Positions 18,595 to 29,045 of a stretch of 44,920 bases of DNA are shown here, one piece after another (positions within the stretch are counted from its first letter, which is position 1; each line of letters opens with the position of its first letter). The notes below the pieces were generated by a model. That model made no database searches. It was given only the letters and a program-made list of their open reading frames with translations, and had not been told where the DNA came from. Origin of the DNA: Polaromonas sp. Lineage in GTDB: Bacteria; Pseudomonadota; Gammaproteobacteria; Burkholderiales; Burkholderiaceae_C. Both the position numbers and the translations under genes were made by a program. The DNA lies in NCBI GenBank assembly GCA_036279755.1, contig DASUIO010000324.1, positions 1 through 44,920 of the forward strand. The letters are read 5' to 3'.

Positions 18595-19832
18595 CCGGTG
18601 TGAGGCGGTGTGCGGGAACCGCTATGTTCTAATCGCTTGCGCTTGTGAATGGCGATCGCTTCCCGATAGATGCTCATCAACCGCTCGAAGTTGACTCTGG
18701 CCGTGTATTTGCCATCGAACTCCATTCGGGCTTGTTGGCTCATGCCTGCAAGCCGCGGTGAGTCCTCATCCAACAGACCTCGCGCTTTGTCCAACAACTG
18801 TGCCGAGTCGCCCGGTTTGAACAGTTCGCCAAAGGCCGGGAGAACGAATTCTTCCATTGGCCCAATGCGGGACGCCAAGATGGGAACAGCACAAGCCAGG
18901 GCTTCGCGTACCACCATGGGGAAGCCTTCGAAACAGATCGAAGGGATGATCAGAAGCTGCGCTGAGCGCATGACTTCGAGGGTTTCATCTGAAGGCAGTT
19001 TTCCATGCCAATTCACCTTGACGTCCGCATAATTCGACCTGAGCTTGTCGAGATCGGGGCCATCCCCCACGATGTGCAAAACCGGCGCATCTGCTCCCCA
19101 TTGCCGCCAGGCTTCAAGCAAGCTTGAAACTCCCTTTTCCACGCTGATCCGCCCGACATACAAGGCCTTGATAGGACGAGTCCTGAAGTGCATAGGTTCG
19201 GGCGGATTAGCCATGAACTGGGGCTTTTTGCGCATGCTGCTCTCGGGGATGAGCCCGGTAACGCGCATGATCTGCGAGTAAAAGTCGGTCAGAGTAATGA
19301 AGCGATCAACACGACGACGCCAGGTGTGTAGGCGGCGATGCAAGGCAATCATGGCAGCCATGGGTAATGACGCGGCCAAACTGTTGCGATAGCAGCGGAA
19401 CCTCAGCAATGGGCGTACGGATTGCCCTTCCAGGCAACGTAAGCAGGTTTCTTCCTCTCGGAACGGCAACCCTGCGCCGCAGCCGATCCGGTAGTTGTGC
19501 AGCGTCATGACACTGGCGACACCTTGATGATGAGCCGCGTAGAAGACCGCTGGCGAAATCAAGGGAAAGAAATTATGAACGTGCACCACATCGGGCCGTT
19601 CTCGCCGCAAGAGTGCCCTGAACTGGAAGTATGTAAACGGATTGAAGGGGGTGGCCAGTCCGCCTAATATTTTCCCGACCAAACCGAGATTTCGAATTCC
19701 GTCGCTGTACTTGAAATATTCAATGACTTGAATGCCGTGGGCTTGCAATAGCTGCTTTTCGGCAAGCACCACGGCATTCTCGCCACTGGGCGCGGATGAG
19801 CCGTACCAGTTGTGAACGAGTAAAACCTTCAA
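18591..19832 (-). CDS. Glycosyltransferase family 4
   Basis: MKVLLVHN, SGE, HVHNFFP, TLHNYR, GRISVEKG, EGFPMVVREA; TTG start overlaps upstream TGA. Confidence 0.92.
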   Translation of the reverse strand: MKVLLVHNWYGSSAPSGENAVVLAEKQLLQAHGIQVIEYFKYSDGIRNLGLVGKILGGLATPFNPFTYFQFRALLRRERPDVVHVHNFFPLISPAVFYAAHHQGVASVMTLHNYRIGCGAGLPFREEETCLRCLEGQSVRPLLRFRCYRNSLAASLPMAAMIALHRRLHTWRRRVDRFITLTDFYSQIMRVTGLIPESSMRKKPQFMANPPEPMHFRTRPIKALYVGRISVEKGVSSLLEAWRQWGADAPVLHIVGDGPDLDKLRSNYADVKVNWHGKLPSDETLEVMRSAQLLIIPSICFEGFPMVVREALACAVPILASRIGPMEEFVLPAFGELFKPGDSAQLLDKARGLLDEDSPRLAGMSQQARMEFDGKYTARVNFERLMSIYREAIAIHKRKRLEHSGSRTPPHTG

Positions 19833-21073
19833 TTGTGTTCCTCGTTACCTGCGGCTTGGCCCTGAAAGAAGCGCTGAATGCCGGTTGTCACGTTGCTGAC
19901 CATGTTCTCTACCGTATACCGCTGAGCGGACTTGAGCGCACCTTGCTTTAAACGTGCTAGCAAACCCGGGTTGTGGGTCAAATCCGCAATTGATTGGGCA
20001 TAAATATGCCGATCGAAAGGCAGCATCAAGCCATTGCTGCCATGCTCCAGATAGCAGACTTCCGGCGAGTGGCCTTCATATTGAGTAGTGATGAAGGGGA
20101 GTCCCGCTGCAAAGCTGTCAAGAATGGCCAAGCCAACCAGGCCGGGATTAAGAAAGATATGGGAGAGCGCAAAGTAGGCGGCCTTGTATTCCCCGAACTG
20201 CGCCCCGCCATAGTGAATCCAGGGTAGGGTGCGAATGGTATCTATGAGCCATTGGCGTTGCGGCCCATCGCCAATAATCAGCAACCGGAAAGAGGGGTTT
20301 TCATGGTGAATGTACTTGGCAGCATCCAGCAGGAATTCCAGTTGTTTATCTGCATAGAGCGAACCGCAATAGATGCCCACACACGCGTCTTCGGGAAGAT
20401 GCAATTTTGACCTGAGTGCGTTCAAGGTTGGGGCGGGCACGTTGGCCACAGCGTGGGCAAATTTCGATGTGTCGACTGCGTTTTCTATGACACTTATTTT
20501 GTGGGATGGGAATCCCAGATCATGGAGATATTTGCCAGTCTGGTGGGTATAAGTGAACCACCAGTCTACATGGCATGCTAGGCGTCGCTTGATTTTCTCG
20601 GCCAGGGATGAGGCCATGCCTTGATGGTTGTAACCGTGCCCCCAGTAAGCTACCCGTCGCCAACCCAACCACCGTGCGAGGTGGAGCGCGAAGTTGGCGA
20701 GGTAACCGTTGGACTGCACCATGACGACCAAGTCGGCTCGCCACAATAGTGAAATCGGCAGGTACTGTAAAAGAATGCGTTCCTTGAGGCAGTAAGCCCT
20801 GGGCGTTTTGATGCCGAGGGGCGAAGGCAAATCCCTCGAATCCCCCTTGCTTTGCTCGCTAGGCGCGGGTTCGCTGTAAATGACGTGTAGCCTGATTCCC
20901 GTGTTTTGCAGCGCCTGTTCAAGCTGCTCGTAAAACGCAAATCGAAATTGCTTGATGTTGGCCACGATCATGACAACGGTACGAGGGCGTGGCAGTTTGT
21001 TGTCAAGGCGGGTGATATTCTTTTCGCCCATCGGGGCACCTGAGTATGCCTTCGTCGCTTCTGATCGGTGCAT
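19829..21073 (-). CDS. Glycosyltransferase family 4
   Basis: YWGHG, NAVDT, GSLYADK, IIGDGP, PGLVGLAILDSF; start may be ATG 21031. Confidence 0.88.
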   Translation of the reverse strand: MHRSEATKAYSGAPMGEKNITRLDNKLPRPRTVVMIVANIKQFRFAFYEQLEQALQNTGIRLHVIYSEPAPSEQSKGDSRDLPSPLGIKTPRAYCLKERILLQYLPISLLWRADLVVMVQSNGYLANFALHLARWLGWRRVAYWGHGYNHQGMASSLAEKIKRRLACHVDWWFTYTHQTGKYLHDLGFPSHKISVIENAVDTSKFAHAVANVPAPTLNALRSKLHLPEDACVGIYCGSLYADKQLEFLLDAAKYIHHENPSFRLLIIGDGPQRQWLIDTIRTLPWIHYGGAQFGEYKAAYFALSHIFLNPGLVGLAILDSFAAGLPFITTQYEGHSPEVCYLEHGSNGLMLPFDRHIYAQSIADLTHNPGLLARLKQGALKSAQRYTVENMVSNVTTGIQRFFQGQAAGNEEHN

Positions 21074-21097
21074 GAAAGTCTTGTCTCTGGTGGCTTC

Positions 21098-22210
21098 TCA
21101 GATTTCGGCCGCGTGAACCGGCGCTTGTTGTTTATGGGGGCTTGTCGGGCTCAGGCTTTGATAAATCCAGCAATAAATAAATATAAAGAGAAGGGTGGCG
21201 ATAAATAAATAAGGCGTTTTGTCGGACGCAATAACAGCCAAGAATTGACATGCGCCGGTCATGCCCCAGATGATGGCACTGGCTACACCATGTCTAAACC
21301 ATGAGGAGTTGGTCTTGCCGCGGCCCTCGTGGTGAAGTCGGCGATACAGCAATTGATGCATGTGGCCCGAGTCGGGGGCGCCACTTGGGGCCTTGGTGAT
21401 GACGTGGCGGCGAAACATGGAGTAGACCGTCTCAACCACCGGATAGGACACGCACAGCAATACGGTCCAGGTGTTGATTTCGGGGTTGCGCGCCATGAGC
21501 AGTACAGCACACTCGGCCAGCCAGAACCCGGCAAGGTAAGCTCCGCCATCGCCCAAAAAGATTTTCCCGAAGGGGTAGTTCACAACCAAAAAGCCAATCG
21601 CTGCAGCGGTGCCCCACATGCACAGTTTGAATACCAAGGTGTCGCCGCTGTGGAGGGCCAGAAGGCCCAAACCGGTGAGCATGATGGCGACGCTGCCGGA
21701 GGCCAAGCCGTTCAGGCCATCGATGATGTTGATGGCATTGGTGAGGCCGCCCACAGCGAAACAGGTGAAGGCAAATGAAACGACGCCAAAGCCGATGAGG
21801 TAGTCTAGGCCGGGAGTGTCGAGTTTGTTGAGTTGCGCATCGAGCGCGAAGAAGGCCAGCCCTGCAGAGATGAACGCGGCGAACAAACGGGTGCGGACGC
21901 CCACACTCTTGGTAAAGTCCTCAATCAAACCGGCAGAAAATACCGGTATGGCGCACAACAGCAATTTTCCGGCGGTTTCATAAGTTTCGCCGCCCAGTTG
22001 GTAGCTGAAAAGCCCAGCCAAAACCAAGCCGATGACAACGCCAATGCCACCCACGCGTGGCACCGGCGTCTCATGGATCTTCTGCACCCCGTTCAGATCA
22101 TGGTCCAGTGACAACTTGCCGTGCCAGCGCTGGGTCAGAATGATTAACAGACACGTGATGAAACTGGCTACAAGGCACGCCAAAATGGGCCAAATTGCAG
22201 TGGTGGTCAC
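21098..22210 (-). CDS. Undecaprenyl-phosphate HexNAc-1-phosphate transferase (WecA/MraY family)
   Basis: PRVGG, GLIED, NAINIIDGLNG, IFLGDGG, HMHQ; many TM helices. Confidence 0.9.
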   Translation of the reverse strand: MTTTAIWPILACLVASFITCLLIILTQRWHGKLSLDHDLNGVQKIHETPVPRVGGIGVVIGLVLAGLFSYQLGGETYETAGKLLLCAIPVFSAGLIEDFTKSVGVRTRLFAAFISAGLAFFALDAQLNKLDTPGLDYLIGFGVVSFAFTCFAVGGLTNAINIIDGLNGLASGSVAIMLTGLGLLALHSGDTLVFKLCMWGTAAAIGFLVVNYPFGKIFLGDGGAYLAGFWLAECAVLLMARNPEINTWTVLLCVSYPVVETVYSMFRRHVITKAPSGAPDSGHMHQLLYRRLHHEGRGKTNSSWFRHGVASAIIWGMTGACQFLAVIASDKTPYLFIATLLFIFIYCWIYQSLSPTSPHKQQAPVHAAEI

Positions 22211-22267
22211 GGTGTCCGTCCTGTTTACTTGTTTTATGACCTGATCGTGTCAGGTGCTTTGGCTTTC

Positions 22268-22296
22268 ATTCTAGTAACCTATGCTGCAATGCAATA
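22268..22296 (-). promoter_or_regulatory. Putative -10 box (TAGAAT) with adjacent TGC-rich near-palindrome upstream of the wecA-like gene
   Basis: ATTCTA at 22268-22273; TATGCTGCAATGCAATA at 22280-22296. Confidence 0.4.
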
Positions 22297-22406
22297 GACC
22301 TGGATCACAGATCCGGGCATTGGTTTGGATGGTAGGGGCGCGTCTACGCTACGGCAACAGGGCATTCACCCATGTTGCACTCAGATAAACGGACAGGCGG
22401 GGAGGC

Positions 22407-22607
22407 TCAGGCCTCGGGGTCGTCCACCAGGTCTTCGGTGGTGGGCTTGGCCTCTACGCGGTAGCTTTCGCTGGCCCAGGCGCCTAGGTCAATGGCCTGG
22501 CAACCTTTGCTGCAAAAGGGGCGGTAGGGGTTGTCGGTGCGGTAGGTGTGCATGACCCCGCAAGAGGGGCAGCGAACCTGAGGGCCTTCGGCGGGCGTGG
22601 TCATCAT
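22407..22607 (-). CDS. yacG: DNA gyrase inhibitor YacG
   Basis: CPSC...RPFCSKGC..IDLGAWA.E.Y; follows zapD with ATGA overlap. Confidence 0.95.
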   Translation of the reverse strand: MMTTPAEGPQVRCPSCGVMHTYRTDNPYRPFCSKGCQAIDLGAWASESYRVEAKPTTEDLVDDPEA

Positions 22608-23365
22608 GCGCACAGGGTGAGTTCAAAGCCGGCGTCCACATCGCTGGCGAGTTTGAGCTTGCCGTCGATGTCTTGACGCATGAGGCGAATGGACACCATC
22701 AGGCGGTTGGCGCTGACTTCTGGAACCAGACCCAGGGCGGGGTCAATGCGCAGTCGCAACAGGCTGTAGGTGCGGCCTTCTTTGAGGCTTTGCTGGAACT
22801 GACCGCAGGGGGCCGCGACCATGGCGCTGTGGCCGCCGTCGCGCAGCAGGCGAAGCAACACGTGCAGCGCCTGAGCCATGGGGGTCAGGGTGCTGGTCCA
22901 GCGGTGCAGATCGGCCTGGCGCTTGTGGGGTGGTTCGTGCTGCCAGGCGTAGTAGCTGGGCAGGTCGAATTCGCAGGTGCCCCCGGGAATGTTGATGCGG
23001 CTGCGGATGCTCATGAGCCAGTCGTTCGCCGCCAGCGGCTGTCCGACCTTGCCGATCATTTGATGCAAACCTTGGTGCGCGTGTTCGAGGCGCGAGAGCA
23101 CGTCGTCGAGCACCGACTCTTGAATGGCAGGGTTGCCCTTGTAGGACATGAACTGCGCACGGTAGCGGTCAAGCTCTTTGAGGAGGTCGCTCTTGAGGTC
23201 GGCGCGTGAAGCCACTTCCATGACTTCGAAGATGGTGGCCAAAGCGTAGTGGTGGTCAACGGGTGTGGTGCGCGACATCAGTTCGGCCAAGCGGTTGAAC
23301 AGGTGTTCAAGCCGCAGCATGGTGCGAACGCTCTCGTTGAAGGGATACTCGTACAGAATCAACAC
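22604..23365 (-). CDS. zapD: Cell division protein ZapD
   Basis: YEYPFNE..RT.LRLE, RADLKSDL, IPGGTCEFDLP; synteny coaE-zapD-yacG. Confidence 0.95.
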   Translation of the reverse strand: MLILYEYPFNESVRTMLRLEHLFNRLAELMSRTTPVDHHYALATIFEVMEVASRADLKSDLLKELDRYRAQFMSYKGNPAIQESVLDDVLSRLEHAHQGLHQMIGKVGQPLAANDWLMSIRSRINIPGGTCEFDLPSYYAWQHEPPHKRQADLHRWTSTLTPMAQALHVLLRLLRDGGHSAMVAAPCGQFQQSLKEGRTYSLLRLRIDPALGLVPEVSANRLMVSIRLMRQDIDGKLKLASDVDAGFELTLCA

Positions 23366-23381
23366 GCCACCTTATGGAACC

Positions 23382-24008
23382 TCAGTCGTTATTGTTCCAC
23401 AAGCGCCAGAGCTTCTCGACTTGCTCGCGCAGTTCTTCAAGGGTAATACCCTGATTGAAGATGATGTGATCGGCAGCGGCGCGGCGAATTTCCCGTTGAG
23501 CTTGTTGGGCCAGCACTTTTTCGACGGCTTCTCGGGGCCAGCCAGATCGAACCATGACCCGGGCGATTTGCGTTTCTGGCTCGCAATCGATGACCAGGAT
23601 ATGGTCAACCTTGTTGCGCCAACGGTCTCCCGATTCAACGAGGAGGGGCACGTCGTAGACGATGTGCTGCTCAGGCGTGGCCTGTGCGGCATGCAGGTCG
23701 GCATGGAGCCCGATCAAGGGGTGCAGGATGCTTTCGAGTTTCTGCAGCGCGGTCGGGTCGGTAAAGGCCAGGGCACGCATGCGGGCGCGGTCCATGGCGC
23801 CCTGAGCGTCGATCATGTCGGCGCCGAAGGTCTGTGCAATGGGTTCGATGGCGTGGCCGCCTGAGGCCGTCAATGACCGAGAGATGGCGTCGGTGTCGAC
23901 GAGATGGGCGCCGAGTTCCACTAGCATCTGGCTGACGGTGGATTTGCCGCTGCCAATGCCGCCGGTCAGGCCGATGATTCGGCGGCGGGGGGAGGCGTTC
24001 AGGCCCAT
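23382..24008 (-). CDS. coaE: Dephospho-CoA kinase
   Basis: [26 protein letters not shown]; ATG at 24008 rather than the longer ORF-track start. Confidence 0.95.
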   Translation of the reverse strand: MGLNASPRRRIIGLTGGIGSGKSTVSQMLVELGAHLVDTDAISRSLTASGGHAIEPIAQTFGADMIDAQGAMDRARMRALAFTDPTALQKLESILHPLIGLHADLHAAQATPEQHIVYDVPLLVESGDRWRNKVDHILVIDCEPETQIARVMVRSGWPREAVEKVLAQQAQREIRRAAADHIIFNQGITLEELREQVEKLWRLWNNND

Positions 24009-24862
24009 CCCAGCCAGGAGAGAACTTGTGCGCGGCCGGCAAACAGCACACACAGGCCAGCGCCCGCCAGGAAGGGGCCGTAGGGCACGTAGCGGCCCTC
24101 GCGCAGCCCACCAGAGACTTTCAGGCCAATGCCCACCACCGCGCCGATGAGGGACGAGCCCAGGACGATGGGCAGGATCATGCTCCAGCCCAGCCAGGCA
24201 CCCAAGGCGGCCAGCAGCTTGAAGTCGCCAAAGCCCATGCCTTCTTTGCCAGTGGTGAGCTTGAACAGCCAGTACACAGACCAAAGCGACAGGTAGCCAA
24301 CGATGGCGCCCCACAGGGCGTCTTTCAGCTCAATGCTGTTCCAGCCGAGCAGCGCAAAGAGAAGTCCGGCCCACAAAAGAGGCAGCGTGAGGCTATCTGG
24401 GAGCAAGGTGGTGTCCCAGTCGATGGCCGAGGCGGCCAGCAAGACGGCAACGAAGCCACACCAGGCCAGGGTGGCCGGTTGCGAACCAAAGCGCCACCAA
24501 CAGGCGACAAACAATGCGCCAGTGGCAAGCTCGATCAAGGGGTAGCGAACCGAAATGGGGGTCTTGCAAGCCGAACACTTGCCTTTGAGCACCAGCCAGC
24601 TGACCAGGGGAATGTTCTCGAACCAGCGAATGGCGTGCCCACATTTCGGGCAACGTGAGTCAGGTTTGGACAGGGTCAGCGGTTGCTGATCTTCCTTCGG
24701 CAGAGGAACGCCCAAGGCCTCCGCGCCTTCGGTGCGCCACTGCCGTTCCAGCATTTGCGGCAGGCGATGAATGACGACGTTGAGGAAGCTGCCGACACAC
24801 AGGCCGAGGATGCCCAGGCACCAGGGTGTCAGCAGTACAGTCAGGATGGCATCGAAATTCAT
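23999..24862 (-). CDS. pilD: Prepilin peptidase / N-methyltransferase
   Basis: [35 protein letters not shown]. Confidence 0.97.
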   Translation of the reverse strand: MNFDAILTVLLTPWCLGILGLCVGSFLNVVIHRLPQMLERQWRTEGAEALGVPLPKEDQQPLTLSKPDSRCPKCGHAIRWFENIPLVSWLVLKGKCSACKTPISVRYPLIELATGALFVACWWRFGSQPATLAWCGFVAVLLAASAIDWDTTLLPDSLTLPLLWAGLLFALLGWNSIELKDALWGAIVGYLSLWSVYWLFKLTTGKEGMGFGDFKLLAALGAWLGWSMILPIVLGSSLIGAVVGIGLKVSGGLREGRYVPYGPFLAGAGLCVLFAGRAQVLSWLGWA

Positions 24863-24868
24863 CAGGGA

Positions 24869-26086
24869 TCAGACCACCTGGCCGAGCTTGAAGATAGGCA
24901 GGTACATGGCCACCACGATGCCGCCAATCAGACCGCCCAGGATGACGATGATGAAGGGCTCCATCAGGCTGGACAGGGCTTTGACTGCCTCGTCGACTTC
25001 TTCTTCATAGAAGTCAGCGGCTTTACCGAGCATTTGGTCCAACGCGCCTGATTCTTCGCCAATGGAGGTCATTTGCATGACCATGACCGGGAACAGGTTA
25101 GCGGCTTGCATGGCGTTGGTCAGGCTGGTGCCGGTGGTGACGTCGCGTTGGATCTGTTCTGTGGCTTCAGCAAAGATGGCATTGCCAGCGGCGCCGCCAA
25201 CCGAGTCCAATGCCTCCACGAGCGGCACCCCTGCTGCAAACATGGTCGAGAGGGTGCGGGTCCAGCGCGCGACAGCAGCTTTGAACAGCAACTCGCCGAA
25301 AACGGGGACTTTCAGGAGGATGCGGTCCATGGTCTTCTGCATCTGTTCCGACCTCTTCCAAGACTGGAAGAAGAAGTACAGCCCGCCGCCGATGCTGCCA
25401 AAAATGGCCCACCAGTACTTGACGAAATACTCCGACATGGACATGACGAACAGGGTTGGAGCCGGAAGTTCTGCGCCAAAGGAGGTGAACACTTCCTTGA
25501 AGGCTGGCACGACCCAGATCATGATGACGGCCACGACGACGAAAGCCACCGTCAGCACCGCAATCGGATAGGTCAGCGCTGACTTGATCTTCTGCTTGAT
25601 GGCAATGGTCTTTTCCTGATAGGTGGCCAGGCGGTCGAGCAGTGTTTCCAGAATACCGGCTTGTTCACCCGCCTCGACGAGGTTGCAGTACAGCGCGTCG
25701 AAGTGCATGGGGTGTTTGCGGAACGAGTTCGACAAACTGGTGCCGGTTTCGACGTCGGTGCGAATGTCGTTGAGCAGTTTGGTGACCGCGCCATTGGTGC
25801 TGCCGCGCGCAACGATGTCAAACGACTGCAGCAGAGGCACGCCGGCGCGCATCATGGTAGCCAACTGGCGGGTCAGCACGGCAACATCTTTTTGCTTGAC
25901 CTTGCCGCCGGTGCCCATGCGGCGCTTCTTGACCTTCTGGACCATGATGCCCTGGCGACGCAAACTGGCGCCCACCATGGCTTCGCCCCCAGCGCGCATT
26001 TCGCCTTTGACGATCTTGCCGGAACGGTCTTTGCCTTCCCATTCGTAGACAAATTCTTGCGGTTTTTTGGCTGATGCCGTGGCCAT
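24869..26086 (-). CDS. pilC: Type IV pilus platform protein (T2SS F family)
   Basis: TRQLATMMRAGVPL, AGEQAG, GEESG, EP..I, MYLPIFKLG. Confidence 0.97.
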   Translation of the reverse strand: MATASAKKPQEFVYEWEGKDRSGKIVKGEMRAGGEAMVGASLRRQGIMVQKVKKRRMGTGGKVKQKDVAVLTRQLATMMRAGVPLLQSFDIVARGSTNGAVTKLLNDIRTDVETGTSLSNSFRKHPMHFDALYCNLVEAGEQAGILETLLDRLATYQEKTIAIKQKIKSALTYPIAVLTVAFVVVAVIMIWVVPAFKEVFTSFGAELPAPTLFVMSMSEYFVKYWWAIFGSIGGGLYFFFQSWKRSEQMQKTMDRILLKVPVFGELLFKAAVARWTRTLSTMFAAGVPLVEALDSVGGAAGNAIFAEATEQIQRDVTTGTSLTNAMQAANLFPVMVMQMTSIGEESGALDQMLGKAADFYEEEVDEAVKALSSLMEPFIIVILGGLIGGIVVAMYLPIFKLGQVV

Positions 26087-26117
26087 ATTGAGAACTCCGT
26101 GCCGCGTTTGGGTTGCG

Positions 26118-27848
26118 TTATTCGTTGGTCACAGCGATGACCTCTTCCAAGGAGGTTGCGCCGATCTTGACTTTCACCAGACCCGCTTCACGCAGGTCGC
26201 GCACGCCTTCGAGGCGTGCCTGTTTGGCGATGTCCATTGCAGTGCCCTGAGTCAGGATGATGCGTTGGATCTCTTCACTGATGGGCATCACTTGGTAAAG
26301 ACCCACCCGTCCTTTGTAACCGTTGTTGCAGGAAGAGCAGCCGACGGCCTTGTAGGGCTTCCATTTGCCGTCAAGTTCCTCTTCCTTGAAGCCTGCTTTG
26401 AGCAATGCTTCACGCGGATAGTCGGCTGGAGCCTTGCAGTTTTCACACAATCGACGAGCCAGACGCTGCGCCGTGATCAAAATCACGCTGGATGCAATAT
26501 TGAACGGGGCCACGCCCATGTTCATCAGCCGGGTCAGGGTGGTGGGCGCGTCGTTGGTGTGCAGGGTGGACATGACCATATGGCCGGTCTGGGCGGCCTT
26601 GATGGCGATGTCGGCTGTTTCCAGGTCACGGATTTCACCCACCATGATGACATCAGGATCCTGACGCAGGAAGGACTTCAGTGCGGCGGAGAAATTCAGC
26701 CCGGCGCGATCGTTGACGTTGACCTGGTTGATGCCCGGCAAGTTGATTTCTGCCGGGTCTTCCACGGTGGAAATGTTGACGCCGGGTTGGTTCAGGATGT
26801 TCAGGCAGGTGTAAAGCGACACCGTTTTGCCCGAGCCGGTCGGGCCGGTGACCAGCACCATGCCGTACGGGCGTGCCACAGCGTGCAGCAGCCGTTCTTT
26901 CTCTTCCTTCTCGTAGCCCAGGGCGTCAATGCCCAGCTTGGCGCTGGAGGGATCGAGAATCCGGATCACGATCTTTTCGCCAAAGAGGGTGGGCAGCGTG
27001 CTGACCCGGAAGTCGATGGCCTTGGAGCCAAACTTCATTTTCATGCGCCCGTCTTGGGGCACACGTTTTTCAGCGATGTCGAGCTTGGACAGCACCTTCA
27101 CCCGGGAGGCCAGCTTGTCTTTGATGGCCACCGGCGGTTGAGTGATTTCACGCAGCTCGCCGTCGACCCGGAAGCGCACGCGGTAGGTGAACTCGTAAGG
27201 CTCGAAGTGCAGGTCGGAAGCGCGCATGTTGACGGCGTCGACCAGCATTTTCTGGAGGAAACGCACCACGGGGGCGTCTTCCACCTCGGAGCTCATGTCT
27301 TGAGCTTCTTGCTGGGTGCCGCCAACACCTTCTTCGGTGATGTCGAACTCGAAATCGGCCGAGGCGAGGGCGGAGAGCTGTTCTTCCGCTGAGGCAGTTT
27401 GGCCTTCGAGCAGCTTGGCGAGTTTGTCGTATTCGACGATGACCCACTCAGGTGTCAGCTGAGTGGCGAACTTGATTCGCTCAATGGCTTCCTGGTCGGT
27501 GGGGTCGGCCCCTGCAACGAACAGGCGGTTGCCGCGTTTGGATAGCACCATGACCTGGTACTGCGCAGCCAATTTGTTGTCAATGACGCCTTTGGGCAGG
27601 CGCTGCACGTCGATGGTGGCCAGATCGAGGACTGGCACCGCCAGCGCTTTGGACAAGGTGTGCGCGAGATCGGCGGCCTTGATGGCGCCACTGGCGATCA
27701 ATGCAGGAACAAAGCCCTTCTTTTGTTCCTTGGCAGCCCTGATGATGTCTTCTGCAGTTTTGGCATCAAGCTTGCCGGCGTTGACCAATACGCGGGCCAC
27801 GCCGGAGAGTGTGCTTGAGTTGGAATCTGCCTGAATGGGGTCGGCCAT
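26118..27848 (-). CDS. pilB: Type IV-A pilus assembly ATPase
   Basis: ASDLHFEP, PQDGR, GPTGSGKT, LRQDPD, STLHTN, tetra-Cys Zn motif. Confidence 0.97.
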   Translation of the reverse strand: MADPIQADSNSSTLSGVARVLVNAGKLDAKTAEDIIRAAKEQKKGFVPALIASGAIKAADLAHTLSKALAVPVLDLATIDVQRLPKGVIDNKLAAQYQVMVLSKRGNRLFVAGADPTDQEAIERIKFATQLTPEWVIVEYDKLAKLLEGQTASAEEQLSALASADFEFDITEEGVGGTQQEAQDMSSEVEDAPVVRFLQKMLVDAVNMRASDLHFEPYEFTYRVRFRVDGELREITQPPVAIKDKLASRVKVLSKLDIAEKRVPQDGRMKMKFGSKAIDFRVSTLPTLFGEKIVIRILDPSSAKLGIDALGYEKEEKERLLHAVARPYGMVLVTGPTGSGKTVSLYTCLNILNQPGVNISTVEDPAEINLPGINQVNVNDRAGLNFSAALKSFLRQDPDVIMVGEIRDLETADIAIKAAQTGHMVMSTLHTNDAPTTLTRLMNMGVAPFNIASSVILITAQRLARRLCENCKAPADYPREALLKAGFKEEELDGKWKPYKAVGCSSCNNGYKGRVGLYQVMPISEEIQRIILTQGTAMDIAKQARLEGVRDLREAGLVKVKIGATSLEEVIAVTNE

Positions 27849-27911
27849 GGTGTCAAAAAATGCTGAGACGAATACCCGCAGGAGGCTACGTTAACCGCTG
27901 GAGGCACTAGC

Positions 27912-29045
27912 TTAAGCGGTTTGTTGAGGGGCTTTGGCAGCGTAGTTCAACCAATTGCGTGACTTTTCTGCTCCGATGTGACGCAGCGGGTTTTCAATGT
28001 AACGGTAAATGATCTCTACAGAGATGATCAGCAGCACGGTTGCCACAGCCATGCTGATAAGGACGGATGAAGCTGTGGCAGGCAGGTTCAGTTTGAGTCG
28101 GTGAAAAATTTCTCGAGTCAGGAAGAATATTGGGATGTGGGCCAGATAGATCCCATAAGAGCGCGCGCCAATGGCGACCAACAAGCGCTGGAATGGACCT
28201 GGCTGCATCATGGTGTGTCTGGGATGCGCTGCGAGCAGCACCAGGATGGCCGACGTCAGGGAGATGCCTGACATGGGGTGTGTCGTCCACTTCAGCTCGC
28301 CGCTGAGCGAGGTCATCAAGCCAATTGATCCGATCAACACCAGCGGAGGGATGGCCTTGGGCAGATTTTCAATAAATTGCCTAACGGCTTGCCAATAGGG
28401 TTTGTGGCTGGCCAGGGCGATTAAAACACCCAGGCAGATAGCGTCGCTGCGAAACACCATCAACCAGATGCTCCGGGTCGAGGCGAGCTGGAAAAGAATG
28501 GCAATGGTCAGCAGTATCCACAGGCGTTTGCCCAGGAATATCACGAGAATGGGAAAAGCGAGATAAAACTGCTCTTCCAGAGAGAGGGACCAATATACGA
28601 AACTGGCACCCATTTCGCACCTCATGAAACACTGCCCGAAGCGGATATTGTAAAAATTGAACAGGGCAGCCCAGGTTGAGCGAATGTTTTCTTTCATTGA
28701 GCCAAAAGCACCGGTTTCGTTGAAACCGTAGGCCAACAGCAAGATGAGCGCCAGCCATAGCCAAGCGGCGGGCCAGAGTCGCCACATGCGTTTCACCCAG
28801 AAGGCCATGGCAACGCGCCAGACTTGACCGTGTGCCTGGGCGGCTTGAATGCGGGGAACCAGATCGCGCGCGATCACAAACCCCGAAATGCAGAAAAAAA
28901 GGTCAACCCCAAAGGTGCCCCCAGCGTATTCGTAGACCTGCCGTAAAGCGGGGTACTGCCAAGGAAAAAGGTTGTCGAGGTGCTCCCAAATGACGGCGAG
29001 AACAGCAACTGCCCGCAGCACCTCAATGTCTTCCAGCTTTTTCAT
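27912..29045 (-). CDS. Acyltransferase_3 (OafA-like) membrane O-acyltransferase
   Basis: LRAVA, GVDLFFCISGF, KRMWRL, WSLSLEEQFY, SYGIYL.H, YRYIE.P. Confidence 0.92.
   Translation of the reverse strand: MKKLEDIEVLRAVAVLAVIWEHLDNLFPWQYPALRQVYEYAGGTFGVDLFFCISGFVIARDLVPRIQAAQAHGQVWRVAMAFWVKRMWRLWPAAWLWLALILLLAYGFNETGAFGSMKENIRSTWAALFNFYNIRFGQCFMRCEMGASFVYWSLSLEEQFYLAFPILVIFLGKRLWILLTIAILFQLASTRSIWLMVFRSDAICLGVLIALASHKPYWQAVRQFIENLPKAIPPLVLIGSIGLMTSLSGELKWTTHPMSGISLTSAILVLLAAHPRHTMMQPGPFQRLLVAIGARSYGIYLAHIPIFFLTREIFHRLKLNLPATASSVLISMAVATVLLIISVEIIYRYIENPLRHIGAEKSRNWLNYAAKAPQQTA

Noticed and set aside
26067-27392. 441-aa + strand ORF
   Set aside because: Antisense shadow of pilB; typical of high-GC codon bias, no motifs
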